In this document: positions 36,890-51,123 of the stretch, piece after piece
How the letters are laid out: each line of letters begins with the position of its first letter
How positions within the stretch are numbered: position 1 is the stretch's first letter
Origin: Rhynchobatus australiae
Lineage: Eukaryota
DNA length: 64,000 bases
Direction: 5' to 3'
NCBI GenBank assembly: GCA_034780895.1
Contig: JAUZTB010000033.1
Coordinates: forward strand, 30,537,820-30,601,819
Translations under genes and position numbers: made by a program
The notes under the pieces: model-generated
Seen by the model: only the letters and a program-made list of their open reading frames with translations
Databases searched by the model: none
What the model was told of the DNA's origin: nothing

Positions 36890-37260
36890 TTATGTGGCCT
36901 TGCCTGTGGCCAGTCTGCAGTTAAGTACAACATTTGGGCTGTTTCTACTGCAACAATAGGATCATCTAGTAAGCAAAGTTGAGAAATGGCTGCCTTTTAA
37001 AATCTGGGACTCACTGATAGATCTCTGAGCATAGGGAACCAAGGAGCTGTGGAAAGAAAGGGTTTATTAACCAAAGTTCCCATCACTGATCACTATCTAG
37101 CAAAATTGTTGGATCAGTACAGGGTGGGGTCAGCCATGATATTGCCTTGGTTGAGTGGCATACAGAGACATGCTGACAAGATCAATATGATAACTAGTTG
37201 AGTGAGCTTCTGATACCTCTGGAAAACAACCCATCAGAAATACTTCCAGGGAAAAAAAGA
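36890..37260 (+). mobile_element. Old SINE (AmnSINE2-like)
   Basis: aaccaaagttccc...tgatcactatctag...ggggtcagccatgatattgcc.tggttgagtggc parallels the other copies. Confidence 0.45.
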
Positions 37261-37609
37261 GTGAAAAAAGTGACAAGAGAAAAAGACAATAAATAAGCTT
37301 TGGCAACAATTTCAGCACAATATATAAATGTCACCATTTTGCAAGGAAAGAGGATTAGAGAACTGTAAAGATAGAACATTGTGTCATTACTCAGGAGAGC
37401 GACAAAACAGTCACAGATTCTCTGATTCACACTCCCTTCGAAGGAGACTCTACTTTTGGAGCAGAGGTTTTCAAATTCAAATTTACAAAAAAAGGAACTC
37501 TGAACTGGCAAATAGTGATGTAACATCTTAAGGTGATAGTCTCATATTTATTTCAGCCATCTGGAGTCTATAAGGTGCATCTGTGGCCAAGAGAAGTACA
37601 AATATATAT

Positions 37610-38225
37610 GGAGATTGTGGTCTTGTCTATGTTTCTTAAACCATCCCCCAGGTTTGAGGGTGACATGCTTCACTCTGGTTTTGTGGATACTGAGGTGTCT
37701 AATGATGTCAATGTGGGAACCATAGATTCTTCGACAGATGGAGCACGCAATGTCTGACAGGGCCAGTAGGTGGGTAGTTATGAGTGTTGTTAGTATTATT
37801 ACGTCCATCATTTAGGTAGGGCTTAAGTGTGTGTTGGATTCATGGATCAGAGGTTCTCAACCATCCCAAGTCCACTTTGTCCACTTTGAACTGCATGTGC
37901 AAGAGATTCTCAGGAATCAGTGTGTATGTTACATTTCCTTACGGAATCTTTGAGAACATTCATGAATCTTTTGCCTGATAATCTATTTAAATGACAGTAT
38001 TTGGAACTGATTGTCTGAATCTGGTATGGGGACTATGAATGATATAGCCTGCACAGTGTAACTCAATGCAACTAAGACTTCAATACTGAGGATGTTGGCC
38101 TGGGAGAGGACACTGTGATTGGTTCACTTATCCTTCCAGTGAATTTAAATGATTTTATGGACAATATGCTGGTGGCATTCCAGTGCTTTGAGAAGCACAC
38201 TGGAGGTCGTCCAAATCTCAGAAAC
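37610..38225 (-). mobile_element. RTE-clade LINE 3' relic
   Basis: Minus frame reads SEIWTT..LKALE..HQH..HKII*IHWKDK*TNHSVLSQANILSIE (RTE RT C-terminus) and has a terminal finger CSICRRIYGSHIDIIRHLSIH. Confidence 0.8.
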
Positions 38226-39702
38226 TTACTGATGTAATTTAGGTCTTGTCTATGTTTACGTTTCCTCTCTTTTCCCTGATTTCTTGTGGTAACATAGGGA
38301 ATGATTTCCTACATGAAGATCTTTGATCTTGTCACTAATTTCAAAGCAGATTGCGATTTTAGCAATTATGTGATGTGATCAGGAATTGGCAATTTTTAAT
38401 TCCCTCTAACTCATCTTTTGAGTTTTGTTACATATTGTGGCAACACACAGGAGGACATCCCATCTGCAAATATCCAGATGATTTAATTTAAATCCCTATG
38501 GAAGAGTGAATAAGGATTACAGTTCTGATTGTGGGGTTGGTAGAGCTGAGTACTGCAGTATGCAACAGAAACATACTGCAACAACTGGCATCATGATTCT
38601 GCATTTACCAGAAGGCGAAGAGGGTCAAAGGACAGGTCATTAGTCGGAGCCTGGAAGTGACAGCACAGGGACAGTAAACAAAGCATGAGGTAGAGTTGCA
38701 ATACTTAGAAACACAAGAACAATGAATTAAGAACAAGAGAGGTGAGAGAGAATGAAGGTACTGTCAAATGTGCAAAATGTTGTTGAGAAATTAAGGACAA
38801 CATCGAAAGATAACACCCAAAATCACAGCTACATAAGTTTGATCTGGGCACATGCTAATCAGTTATTTCAAAAAGAATTAAGTGCCTCAACTAAATCAGG
38901 TCACTTTCTATTTCTAATACTCATGTGTATAAAATGCCAGGGCAATGATTAGCTTCTGATTAAGGGATGACCTTTCCTCTCTCTTCTTATCCTAGATACA
39001 CTGATATCAATCACTTGGCCATCACCAACACTCCAAGAAAGGCCGGATAACTGAGGACAGATAAAGGATTAAACTTGATATCTTCCATGGGTGACTCTCT
39101 CAGTATCATTCTAAGCAGTGCAATTGCCAACCAAACCACTAAAAAATGCAACAAAATGTGTTTTTAATCTCATCACATTATTTCAATTGCCAGAATTTTG
39201 TTCCAGTAGCTACCAGTGGTTGGATCTTAAATGTAAATCTTTTAGTTTTAAGGCTACTAGTTTTGTTGATCTAATATTTATCTCTCTTATTCATCAACTC
39301 ACACTAAACTAAGATTTAGCTTGGAATGCAATCCCTCTCAGGCAGTTACTGTGAAGTGAATGTTGAAGTGGTTTGTTTTTACGAAAGGCTGCAATCAGGC
39401 AGCATTTATATTAATGTGGCTCAGGCAGCTCACTCACATAAAACAAAATTAAAATCAGACATAGGGAAAGCAAAGCTTCAACTGCAAATAAAATTAAATT
39501 CAAATCTCAGATCGAATATTGTAATCTATCTAAAGATGTTAACAGAGATTAATCAGTATATTGAAAGACTTTGAGCTGTCATTGTACAAACTTTGTCATC
39601 TTGGTATCGAGTTCAATATTGTTTCCATCTGCAAAGATCAGAAGTGTTAAAAAATAGTGTACTGATTGCCGGAACTCTGTCAGCCAGTGAGTTAGAGGTG
39701 GA

Positions 39703-39797
39703 GCATTTGATGAAAGGTCATGAACCTGAAACATTGGCTCTATAGATGCTACTTGACCTGTTAAGTATTTCCAGCATTTCCTGTGTTTGTTTCAGAA
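39703..39797 (+). mobile_element. Penelope-derived short repeat with hammerhead-like core
   Basis: tTGATGAaaggtcatgaacctGAAAcatt...agatgctacttgacctgttaagtatttccagca. Confidence 0.7.
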
Positions 39798-39804
39798 ATT
39801 CAGG

Positions 39805-41290
39805 GTCTTGACAAGGTGTTGCACAAAAATTCATGTTGTCAGGGTGATTATAGCAAGGGATAAAAAAAATTGGCTGATAAGCAGAATGCAAAAAATAATT
39901 GAGAGAAATGTGTTTTGGTGAGGTTGGGGAAGAGATTGAAGTTGTGTGACCCGTGGATCAGTGCTGTGACCACACTTGTTTTTTCGGACATATAGAAGAT
40001 ATGGACTTCGGAAAATTGTCACCCAATCTGTGCTTGGTTTCTCCAAAGTGGAGGACATCACATTTGTAGGGGTAGAATAAAACTCTGCTTCACATGGAAG
40101 AAGTGTTTAGGCTGCGGGGTGGTGCAAAGGAAAAAGTGAAAAAACAAAAGGAACATATTTTGCATCCACTCTGTTTGCATGGGAAGGTGCCATGAGAAGA
40201 GGAAATGTATGGTGGTGGAGATGCAAAATTGATCCAGAGTCTCCTGAAGGGAACAATCTCTTTGGAATGCTACAAGGGGAGAGGAGGGGAAGGTGTGTCT
40301 CATGATGTCATCATGTTGGAAGTGGCAGAAATTGCTGCTGTTCCTTTCCCACAGATGCTGCCTGACCTGCAAAGTATTTCCAGCATGTTCTGTTTATATT
40401 TCCAGTTTCCAGCATATGCAGGTTTTTGCTTAGGGAAAACATAGATAGATTATCAGAATAGACAGATGGTACATGGTATAATTTAAAGTGAATAAGTGTG
40501 TGGTAACACATTTGGCAGGGAAAACAAAAAACACATTGGGTATTCAGCTGAAAGATCCTAAAGGGTGCAGAAGCTTGGAGAGACCAGATGAGATCAAATA
40601 TATAAGCTTGAACAGAGGCAAAAAGCTATAAAAAAGCTAAATAGCATGAGTTTGGCCACAGTAAGAGTTCAGTCTGCTGTTCTGGGCAACCCATTATTGT
40701 GAACATGAATATCACAGTTGGTATACAATAGAAATTAAACTACNNNNNNNNNNNNNNNNNNNNNNNNNNNNNNNNNNNNNNNNNNNNNNNNNNNNNNNNN
40801 NNNNNNNNNNNNNNNNNNNNNNNNNNNNNNNNNNNNNNNNNNNAGCAAAATGCCAAGGATGGGAAATTATAATCATTAGGAGGGACCTATAATATCTCCC
40901 CTCTTAGAGAATGTCTGCATGAATTTTTAAACATTTTTCTACAGGTTTTGATAATAATGTCTAAGGAAAAAATATTTTCCTCTGATTGTGGAGAACATCA
41001 GTTTTAAAATGTTCATTGTAAATTAGCTGAGGGATTAGGAGGTATTTGCATATAAACAGAAAAAAAGGATTGTTGGACCATTAAGTGCCTTGTCACACTC
41101 ATCTTGCATCTTTTTAGGGAAAAAGTGGATAAATGAAGACAAGAAGGCTCTGGGGAGATGGTCAGGTTGGTGGAGGAGGACTGTACACAGGTGGAGAAAA
41201 GGGGACAATTATACTGGTTTTGGATTGCTCAAGCAAAAAAAGCCTTAATAGGCTGAATGGTTGCCTTCAGTGCTGTATACTTTGATTCCT
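39805..41290 (+). mobile_element. Highly decayed CR1 LINE interrupted by a Penelope fragment
   Basis: ttgacaaggt; aattggctga; ggatcagtgctg.gaccac; catggtataatttaa; tail aataggctgaatggttgccttc..tgctgta. Confidence 0.6.
40055..40432 (-). mobile_element. Penelope-like ORF relic (RT to GIY-YIG linker) joined to an inverted pLTR piece
   Basis: ORF 40058-40372 has FCHFQHDDIMRHTFPSSPLVAFQRDCSLQETL and PKHFFHVKQSF, similar to the Penelope HIFPSPPLSAFRRDRSLRDSL motif. A plus-strand pLTR tail lies at 40345-40430. Confidence 0.8.
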
Positions 41291-42029
41291 TTGTATTTAT
41301 CCTGTGATCTTGTGATAAAGATGCATTTAGAATAATTCATGCTCCAGATACTAAGTTTAAAAAAAAACACACAATATGATCTTAACAAAACTATCTGATC
41401 CACTATAGAAATAACACAAAAGCTTTGAAAGGTATTGCAAAATCCCTCATTTTTGTCAAATTTTTGTCACCTCCCAAACATCTTCAACTGTGTGAGCTGA
41501 ATTTTCTTAAGAACTCTTTTTAATCTAGTCAAAGTATGTAGATTTACACAACCAAAGCAGCTCCTGAAACTGTCTTGTTGAACATAGCTTAAGGGTCTTT
41601 GTTATGTGTGACATGAGCACAAAGATAATCTTTCATCAATTTGTTTTGTTAAACAAACTCTAGGACCTTGAAATTACACTGTGAATTATTAGCTTGGATG
41701 CTTAGTATATTCATAAGTAATTCTGTTGTCTAATAATTAAATGGAACCTTGATTGTATAAAATAAAAATTACAGAACAGAAAGAAAATTTAAATAAATAT
41801 ATTAAGAACTCATGGATTTAGATCTTAGTTTATCCTCGACCTAAAACTTAGTTCATTTTTTAACATGTTAAAATGTTACATTTTGGAAGGTTGTAATGCC
41901 ATCATTCATGTAGAAAATGATTTGTGAATCTTTTATTACACAAATACCAGCCATCTGATAAAATGGAAAATATTGGAAATATGTTGTAGATCAGCAAGGA
42001 TTGGAAAAAGGACAGGTTAATAATTTTTT

Positions 42030-42105
42030 TTAGAATCAGAATCAGGTTTATTATCGTTGACCTATATTTCGTGAAATTTGTTGTTTTGCGGTAGCAGTAC
42101 ACACA
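42030..42105 (-). mobile_element. Rex1/Babar LINE 3' tail
   Basis: agaatcagaatcaggtttatt...gaaatttgttgttttgcggtagcagtaca is the reverse complement of the tail at 61765-61831. Confidence 0.8.
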
Positions 42106-42633
42106 AAACGATTCTATTCACTTTGACTAAGGTTCTAGCTTTTCCTCTTTTTTTTTCCTCTTTATGGTAGATTTCGTGTAAAATAGAGCATTTATATGAG
42201 CCCAAGCAGTTTGAAGTTCAATGTTGTGAGATTGACTGTGAAAAGCCAAAAGCAAATGCCATTGAAACCTGTCAAACGGTCAATCAATCAATCATGAAGA
42301 CAGGGCGTGTACTTTACATAGTTCCAGCTTCACTCCAGTTTGCCTTAACACACAAAAAATAATTCATCTGAACACTCTACTCAACTAATATAGTGGGAAG
42401 CTGCTTAAAACAAAGCTTAAAAGAATAAAATGATGTCACTAAACACAAGTGGAACTCAAGAATGCTATCAACATTAGCAAAACTCTGCTGCGTTATAGCT
42501 TTGAGGCATGATTCAGCCTTTGCTATTTGTTTTTGCCCTTCTGTTTTTTGATGAAGCACCCTGTACTTAGGCATTGTTTCCCTGTCCTTGTAACCTGTAC
42601 AACTGGATCCCACATTTGAACCAAACACACTAT

Positions 42634-42634
<1 letters not shown>

Positions 42635-42701
<67 letters not shown>

Positions 42702-42811
42702 TGTCTGTCTGNNNNNNNNNNNNNNNNNNNNNNNNNNNNNNNNNNNNNNNNNNNNNNNNNNNNNNNNNNNNNNNNNNNNNNNNNNNNNNNNNNNNNNNNN
42801 NNNNNNNNNNN

Positions 42812-42869
<58 letters not shown>

Positions 42870-42892
42870 TGTCTGTCTGTCTGTCTGTGTGT
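42635..42892 (+). repeat. (TG)n-(TCTG)n compound microsatellite spanning a 100-N gap
   Basis: Directly visible. The same TG-then-TCTG pattern lies on both sides of the gap, so it may be a single array shown twice. Confidence 0.95.
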
Positions 42893-43139
42893 GGCCTGCC
42901 TATCATGACTTTCCATTATTTTTACATTAGTGCCTGACCCTTCACTTTGATTCAGAACCCTGCAGGTGGGGGAATGCCAGTCTCAAATGTCACGCTCAAC
43001 TACTCTGCCAGGATTTCAACTCACTGCCCTACATGCCATAATAAACTCATTTCAAACCAGTGGGTGGTCTAAATAGTAGAAGGAACTATGTCATATAATC
43101 TGAAAATGCACATATATTATTTGGAAAAATGTTATGGGG

Positions 43140-44340
43140 ACTACCTCATCTCTAGCTAACTTTCTCTACCAAGTCCCTAACCATGTCATAGCTTCCCAAA
43201 TCTGTGATCACCTTTCTCCAGAACTATTCTTCTGAATACTTCTAATCAGGTTTCGGCTCCCATCATAGCAACAATGATTCTTAGTAAAGGTCTCAAATAA
43301 CTGTCATTTCTCAATTCCACACAATCCTATTCCAGCACCTCTCCTCCATCTTCCTACTGGATAGGAATGCAGTAACCTGCTTCCATTCTTATCAATCCAG
43401 TCAGAAGATCGCCTTCATTGGCTATGCTTTCCACTCACATACCACTACCTCTGGTGTGAACTAAGAATCTATATTTGAACCTACTCTCTTTTTTAATTGC
43501 ATGCTGCCCCTTGTGACATCAAAAACACTATGTGTAAACTAGTGACATTCAGCTCTACCTCACTAGCACCTCTCTCAAATGCTCCACTGTCTCTAAATTT
43601 TCAGGCTGCTTGTTGTATTAGATGAACAGAAATCTCCTCCAAAAAGATAGGAGACCAAAGTTATTACACTTAATCCCATACACAAATTTCATATTTCTTT
43701 TATTTGTTCTGGTGACTGACTGAAACTGAACCAGAGTTTTCATGTTAGTATTAAATTTGACCCCAAGGTGAGCTTCCTGCCACATAATGTCTCATCAATA
43801 ACATCACTTTTTACCACTGTTTTAAACTCACGTGCCCACTGTGTTTCATCTCACCTCTGCTTACAAACTCCATCATTNNNNNNNNNNCTACACAAATGCA
43901 TTCCTGGGCTCTCTCCCAAATGCCAACCTCCTTGAACATAACCACATCTAAAATACTGCTCAATTACCACTTTGTGCCACGTCTGGTCAGTCATCACAGC
44001 TATCTTTGCTAACCTACATTAGCTCTTAGTTTTGTAACAATTCTGTTTAGGAGTCTCATCCTTCGTTTTAATCCCCCTCTACCTCCAATCTCCTCCAGCC
44101 CTATAACCTTCTGAGATCACTGCCCTCCTCTGTCCCTGCCCTCATGCTCATCCATTGCCAATCATATCCTAAGATCCCTCCCCTAAAGATCCCTCCTTTT
44201 CAACCTTCCATTCCATATTTCAAATGCTACTTATAACCTACCATTCTATCTTAACATCCATTCATGTATTTCTGACAAGTGATCTTTGAGAACAGTTTAG
44301 ATGTTTTACAAAGCTAAAGGTGCTATAAAAATGCAATGTT
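43140..44340 (+). mobile_element. L2-clade LINE RT and 3' relic
   Basis: aatcaggtttcggctcccatcatagc (QSGFR.HHS); ttccattcttatc (WF.SYL); gacattcagctctacctc (DD.QLYL); tail aaaggtgctataaaaatgcaatgttg. Confidence 0.75.
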
Positions 44341-45912
44341 GATGTTTTTATTGATGTGATGTAAACTGCAAAAAGTCTGCATAATCAGATCTAAACCAGA
44401 GTACAGTAATTGCAGGTTCTGCAGAATATATAAGATCAGTATATTCCTACTCTGGCTAAACTATTAAATATTCTTGTACATCCTTTACTTATTGTATGTG
44501 GGCTTCTCCCATGTCCTGGACTTCTTCAGCTTCTTAAGCACTTATTTCCCCATCTACAATATAAAAATATATTAACTACTCCCACAAAGCAATATTTTTC
44601 TATGAAAAACAGTCAATCTGGTTTTATCACACATATTTTCCCCTTTCCCTGAACTCCAATCCTTGCTGACACAAGATAACAATATATCAAAGTAAATAAG
44701 AAGGAGTTAGAAATCCAAAGGATGAAAGGAAACCAGCCTTTGCTTTATCTTTTCCTTAATTTAAACACATTTGAATGAAACAAGGAGTAATATGTTCAGA
44801 GGGAGCTCTAAGGATGCAAGTAGTTAAGTCCTCTGTGGATTTGTATATTTTAGACACAAGTGACAAGAGTGAGAATACTTGCATATTGATTATTGCACTA
44901 TGACAGCTCCTCAGAATCAACAATGCACACTTTGTTAGACTGTGAATGCCATTTGTTTTCCAAACCTGCGGGAGACTTTCAGTTTTGCCTTTGATCAGTA
45001 AGTCAGTGTCTCTGAGGACCACTTGAGCCTTGCTGCTTTTATTTATCTCTATGACATTAATAATGCAATTGAGACTGAAGCACGTGAAGTCAGATCATCA
45101 ATTTCACCCACACTAGTGGAAGACAAACATGTAAATTATGCAACTAGATAGGAATACATTTCCTGAACGAGTTATGCATTCACATCTTGGTTTGAGGGTT
45201 ACGGGAGAAACTTGTTTCCTTAAATTGCAGATTTGAAACTTGTGCCTCTTTACTCATAAATGTTAAGGATGATCGTGCTACAAAATATAACGTTTTCTGT
45301 TTTCAAGCATCCAGGATAAACATTAAGCACTCATAACACAGTAGAAGTTCCGTCTGCACCGCTCACTGACATGTGCTCCTCCTAATCTCAAAAAAACCCT
45401 ATATCTCTAAAATTTTGAGCTCCTTCCTTCCTGCCACCTTTCTGTCTTCCTACTATACAGCTTTTTTCAATCTCAAACTCAGCGTNNNNNNTGATACAAC
45501 TCAGCTTCCATAGGCAGTGGCTCCACTTCTGGATTTTTAAATTGTTGAAAAAAAGAGAACATGAAATAATATAATGGCATCAATTAATTTCCACTGCACA
45601 AAGTAAATAGAAGAAATCAAAGCCTGCCAATAATACATAAGATCCTGTAAAACCTTCATAACTTTCAAACAAGTATTACACATTAATATACAGGAAATTT
45701 ATGAATTCAAATGAAAGTTTACATTTATGATTAAAAGTATGAATACTGAACCACCTCTCTGTTCAGCCCATACATAAAAAAATACTAACTGGCACTAACT
45801 TATACACATGAAAGCCACATTCAGGCAAAAAGTTGTGAGTTGAGTATGTTTATGGAAGTTTAAATTCTTCCACATTCTTTTCTTTCTCTCCTCCACCCTG
45901 CAGAATGCTAGT

Positions 45913-45954
45913 TGAATTAAATTAAATTGAATTATATTAAATTAAATTAAATTG
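45913..45954 (+). repeat. (AATTA)n simple repeat
   Basis: tgaattaaattaaattgaattatattaaattaaattaaattga. Confidence 0.8.
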
Positions 45955-48719
45955 ATGCAGTCATCTAGTTTTCAGATGTCTGCTGAAAATAAAATAATAC
46001 TTAGTAGAATTCAAATAGGGAATTTCAATTATCTGCAATGGGGCTTGTTACTCAGGCTGGGAAACATCAAGAGGCAATATTCATTTGACATGTATCCTCA
46101 AACGACAGTGGTGATGAAACATGCCTCTCCTCTTCCCCAAATCAAAGCTTTAATAATATAAAATACAACAAAGCTTATAACAATAAATCAATCCTTAAAA
46201 AGGTAGATTCTACTTCTGAGATATTGATGTCAAAATTCAGCCAAACTGGCTAGATTCAAAACTGAATGGAACTGTGACAATTGCATAAAAGTCAACATTG
46301 CAGCAATTTTTTTGAAAAGCAATATTTTTAGAGTATCATTCCCTTGTTGATGTTCTCAGTAGAAGTAACATATTTTAACTCTTGCACCAATATATTAAAA
46401 GAAAGAGTAGGTCACAACCCTTACTACTTACTGGGTGCCAATATCTTGCATCTTGACCCACTGCATAGGCCACATTCATTATAGTGACAGCTGCATAAGG
46501 TTCACTCTTGTAAAGTTTTAATTTCTTAATTCAGGGAATACAAAATATGGGAATGCCTCTTGCAATGTTAACAATATTGTTAATGGAGGTTGGTCAAAGG
46601 AATCATTAATGGTGGCTGATCAAAAGAATTCTCACCTAAGTGCAAGGATCTAAATATGCTTCTAACTAAAAGAACTTTGGGATAGTTGATTGGAGGTGCA
46701 AGGCAGAACTGATGGCTCAGTTGAAATTAGTAAGGGTATCAGTCCTTCAAAATGTGAGCTAAATTAAGAAAAATTCCTCCAGTTGAGTTACCATTGAATA
46801 AGATTTGTAGTAGAGCCTGGGGTTATAACTACTAGCCAAGGGTTTCCTGGAACTCAATGCTCTTAGCAGCAATGTTGCCCAGGTGGATAGGTATGAAAAT
46901 AAAACTACGCAATAAAGTCAAAAGAAACTGCTACAGAAATTGGGCATTTGAACCACAATCAAAGTGATATTGGGCAGTGTACTGGAAACAGCTCTGTCCC
47001 TCCACCTAATGAAATAAAGTATAGAGGAAGCATTTCACTTCAGTTTAGCAGATGTCTCATTTGAGAATGCTGAATTGCATTAAAAGATTTTACACAGCAT
47101 TTAATCTGTGCCATCCCTTTACATGCATAATAGAACAGAATAGAAAGGGTCCTGCTCTGCATCTGACTAAAGCTAAAGTCAACCTGGGAGTACTTGATGT
47201 AGCAGAGAGAGATTTTTTTCTCTCCATGTAACCTTACCATAACTAACAACTTTGGAATGCTCAGTACTTATATTGCTGCTAAAAATGATCCATTTCCCAA
47301 GAATGTAATCCTCCCCAGAAAGAACATGAAAATCTCCCAAAATATGTGAAATAATATATTGCAATGGTCCTAATCAATGGAGAATACAGTGAGCAATATC
47401 CTCTAATTTGTTTGGAATACACTTGGAATGCATTTCCCCAAACAGTGCAACTTCAATATAACCTGTCTCATTATATCACGGTTTCAGATATACCACTGGT
47501 ATTACTATGTCACCAAGGACAGCGTGCATTTTTATTCCAGTGTTACAGGGAGGGATTAATCTTCCCAGCAGAATGTAACAGACCTTTTTGTTTTGTGCAA
47601 GTCCCTCTGACAATAGCAATCCTAAAGAGGGGGCAATGGATTCTGGAAAAGGATTGGCAATCCAGCACTGGGGATGTGTTTTACAAATTGTAGCTGTGAG
47701 ATTATAGCAAAAGAGATTGATTGGAGAGAATGGGGTGGACATTGGGGAAATCTGTTCAAACTGGTTGTGTATGTACTGTATTTTATATTTACTGTGTGTA
47801 TATATAATATGAAAAAGTTTCTAAAATTAGGTAAGTTAATTTTATTTATAAGATAGTAACTTGAAATGCAAATGTGAAAGTTGTCCCCAATCCCCACATT
47901 ATATTGAGGCTACATAATTTTATATGAATGATTTGTTCAGCAAGGCCAAATTGGTGCAATTCTAAAATGATATCTTGCTGTCTGCTAAGTAGGCCTGGAA
48001 TTAATAGTAGTTATAACCATTAGATCATTTCTTTGGTTGAAATGAAAAAGCAAATTTCTTTTTTTTTTGTTCTGCTTGGTGACAGTCCAGCACATATTAA
48101 TTCAACCTCCCTCAATCTGTTCCGATTTTTAACTTTTTACCCTCTCTCGTTTTGGCTCAGATACATTCTCCGCACTTTCACCTTTGAAGAGGGAAAATGT
48201 TGGCTGATATTCCATTTCTCGATGATCTATATCAAAATTATTCTGCCTTCTTTTTGCACTTTCTGGTCAAAATAAATCTACATATTCCTTTACAGTTTTG
48301 TTTTTCACCAATGGTGATTCCCTGGGCAGAACAAACCATCTCTCCACATGTATCTATCTCTTTGACCACAGTGGCTCCTGCAGATTCTACTGTCAGGGTG
48401 GTTAATTACAAGTTCCAGACCTGGACAATGGGGTCCTGGCAACCAGGAGCAGCAACACAACAAAAGTAACATCATTTGTTGAACACTTTTAGCAAAATCT
48501 CCCAAAATATTTTACTTTGCAATTTGGATGGTAAAGGCAAGGAAGTGAGGAGAACATTGTAGAGGCATAGTGATAAATGTGAAAATATAAATACTTCTCT
48601 ACAAATCAGTAGTTTCTCATGTTCCTGTATATGCTCCCCGATCTCCCTATTTATCCCTGGCCACTAATACTTCCTCTTACACTGCAGAGTCAATCATTCA
48701 CTCTAAGACAAAAGAAGTA

Positions 48720-50520
48720 ACAGTGCTCTATCATTTTATTCTTTTGAAGTCAGGAATCAATTACTCTGTTGGCTCTGAAGATCAGGTCACCTTGAGATGG
48801 ACTCAGCTAAGTGCCTTGGTTACTGAGATTGTTTGCCCAGGTATACTGAATCTTAAGTTGTATGCTTGCCTCCTCACAAACATGCTCTGCAATGTCCTTG
48901 GCAGCCTTTGCAGGAGCTTAACAACAATGGTCCTGAGTTGCTTTTTATAACTGTACACTTGTACAGTTGTCCCCCAAGCATATTGATGAAACTTATCCAA
49001 TCCAAAGATCATATCTTGTTGCCCCTATATTTACGCATCTCTCTGTTTGTCAAATTTGTTTCAATATGCTGTCATCTGATTCGCTGGCAAGATCATTGCT
49101 CCAAGACGCCTTTCTGAACCATCTGCCTATGGTGTCAGCTACTAGGTATCATCAAAGTATTTCAACATTGTTCTGCTGTGACTTCTCCTCGATTATCTTA
49201 ATCGTTTGCTCATGAGTATCTAACCAACACCATTCTACATCCTTTTGGTCAGATGTCTGAGGGTATCATACATCTTACTCAATGGGGCAGGAACTTGCTT
49301 GAATAGTTGATGTTTTCCAAGTAGTGCTGTACAATTCTGATCCAATTCTGCTACTTCCCAACAACTAGTAAATCATCTTCTATGGTCTTTACCTCACTAA
49401 GAATATCGCTGCACTTTAGTACTTCAAAAGTATAGACAAGACATATTTTTGGTCAATTATGCTGAAATCCACATAATAGCTTTTATGATTATTTGAGTTC
49501 ACCACTTTCAGCTAGCATTTCATAAGCACCTTCAATATACTCTCATTGTATGCTGAAAGCACAGGACTCAGCGAGCTTAACTCAACTGTCTTGAGATTGA
49601 TGACTTTCTTTTGGGGGCCATTACCTGTTGCTTCCAAGTCAAGATCAAATGCCACTAGTTGCTCTTCCAACAGTACCTTGGCATAGATACATCTAATGTA
49701 TGTTCTTCATGTGTAATTGACCTCATATGGAAACAGTTAAAACATTCTTTTTAACTTGAATTCCGACCCTGTTTCTTTCCCTGCACAATGCATCTCGTCC
49801 ACTTCATGAACTTCTAATGTCTTCATCATCATACACTAATTGTAATTGTTTTTTTAAAAAGTCAAATCATTGACACTTTTTCCCTAACACAGGCCATTTC
49901 TTTCTCAGCCACTCATCGCGTTGTCCACAATATTTGCAACATCTAAGCAACCTTGGCAGTGCTTTTCCTCTTCTGACTTTAATCAAACAGTTCGCCATAT
50001 ATACTTTCATCTGTTGGCCGATCAATATCTCTAGCCTAGCCTCGGATAACTCCACATATTTGTACGTCTGGACACAGTTTTCCAGAGTTTATTCTGCCTC
50101 ATTTGGTAGCTCTTCCCTCCTGTTGAAGGATTCCACAAATCCTTCGAATCTGCACAAGTGAAATTATCCGCTAACAATCTTAGCTTAATCAAGAAGTTTT
50201 CAAAGGATTGTCCCTGATCCTGCTTACACACAAAAAAAATTAAGTGTCTTTCACTTCTAGGCTACAATTTTTTCAATTGTACTTTTAATTGAAACATATT
50301 TTCAATTTATTTTTTTAAGGTATTGATCAAAATCATAATACCTAGATCCAGAGGAGTCTTAATAAAACATTTGGTGAGGAAAGTTAATTTGCTGTAATAC
50401 ACAAGTCTAACTGCACTACTTGTTTTGTAATAATTTCTGCTCAGAATTAATGCAGCCAGTCAATTTAAGAAAAATTGGGTTTGGCTTCTTCCAAATGTTA
50501 GAGTTAAATGCTTTAAAGCT
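48720..50520 (-). mobile_element. Gypsy/Ty3 LTR retrotransposon internal relic (gag, protease, RT thumb, RNase H)
   Basis: gag-like FFVCKQDQGQSFENFLIKLRLLA; knuckle CKYCGQRDEWLRKKWPVLGKKC; protease-like QLVAFDLDLEATGN (about 49620-49675); RNase H IFGLDKFHQYAWG...LQSMFVRRQAYNL...PGQTISVTKALS. Confidence 0.85.
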
Positions 50521-51123
50521 TTATTAACATAGCACAACAGAGGTATGTCTAAGGAAAGTTTGTCTAAGGATATGGAAAATTATCAATTTCTTTATAAGAA
50601 AACTTTTAGATAGCTGTCTAAATTCTAAACGATCACAATCACTCTTAATGTTTTTTGTCAGGTAGTAAAAATCACAGCATCATGGTCAGCTGTGCAAAGA
50701 ATTCAAATTAGAAACCAGGAAGTTTCCACTTCAGTTCCAATTTCTCATACCCTGCCTTGATGCCACAATAAAGGTAATCAAAGGACTGGGGCAAATATTC
50801 CCACAGGACAAGGGGAGTACCTGTGGGTTGCCAATGAATGGGGTTGTGCTGAGTGGTGGGGGATAGAAGGAACTGAAGGCTAGATTAACCACTGGGAAGA
50901 GCGGTGTTCCTGGAGAATTAATTCTCTTTACTTTGCATTTTATGAAGAGCAGAGTTACAGTGTTTTAAGTTAAATTCAACAGAATGATTGTCACCACAAA
51001 ATCATTTAGTGCATCTTATAAAAATGGGCAAGGGTACTTCATATGATCGTACTCAAAATTTGCAAGAAAATCCATTTTTTATTCACCATTTGTATTATAA
51101 GTAAAATACATCTTGAAACTTTT

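Noticed and set aside
42377-42937. Long ORFs with HT/CV repeats
   Set aside because: They are translations of the (TG)n microsatellite and the N gap.
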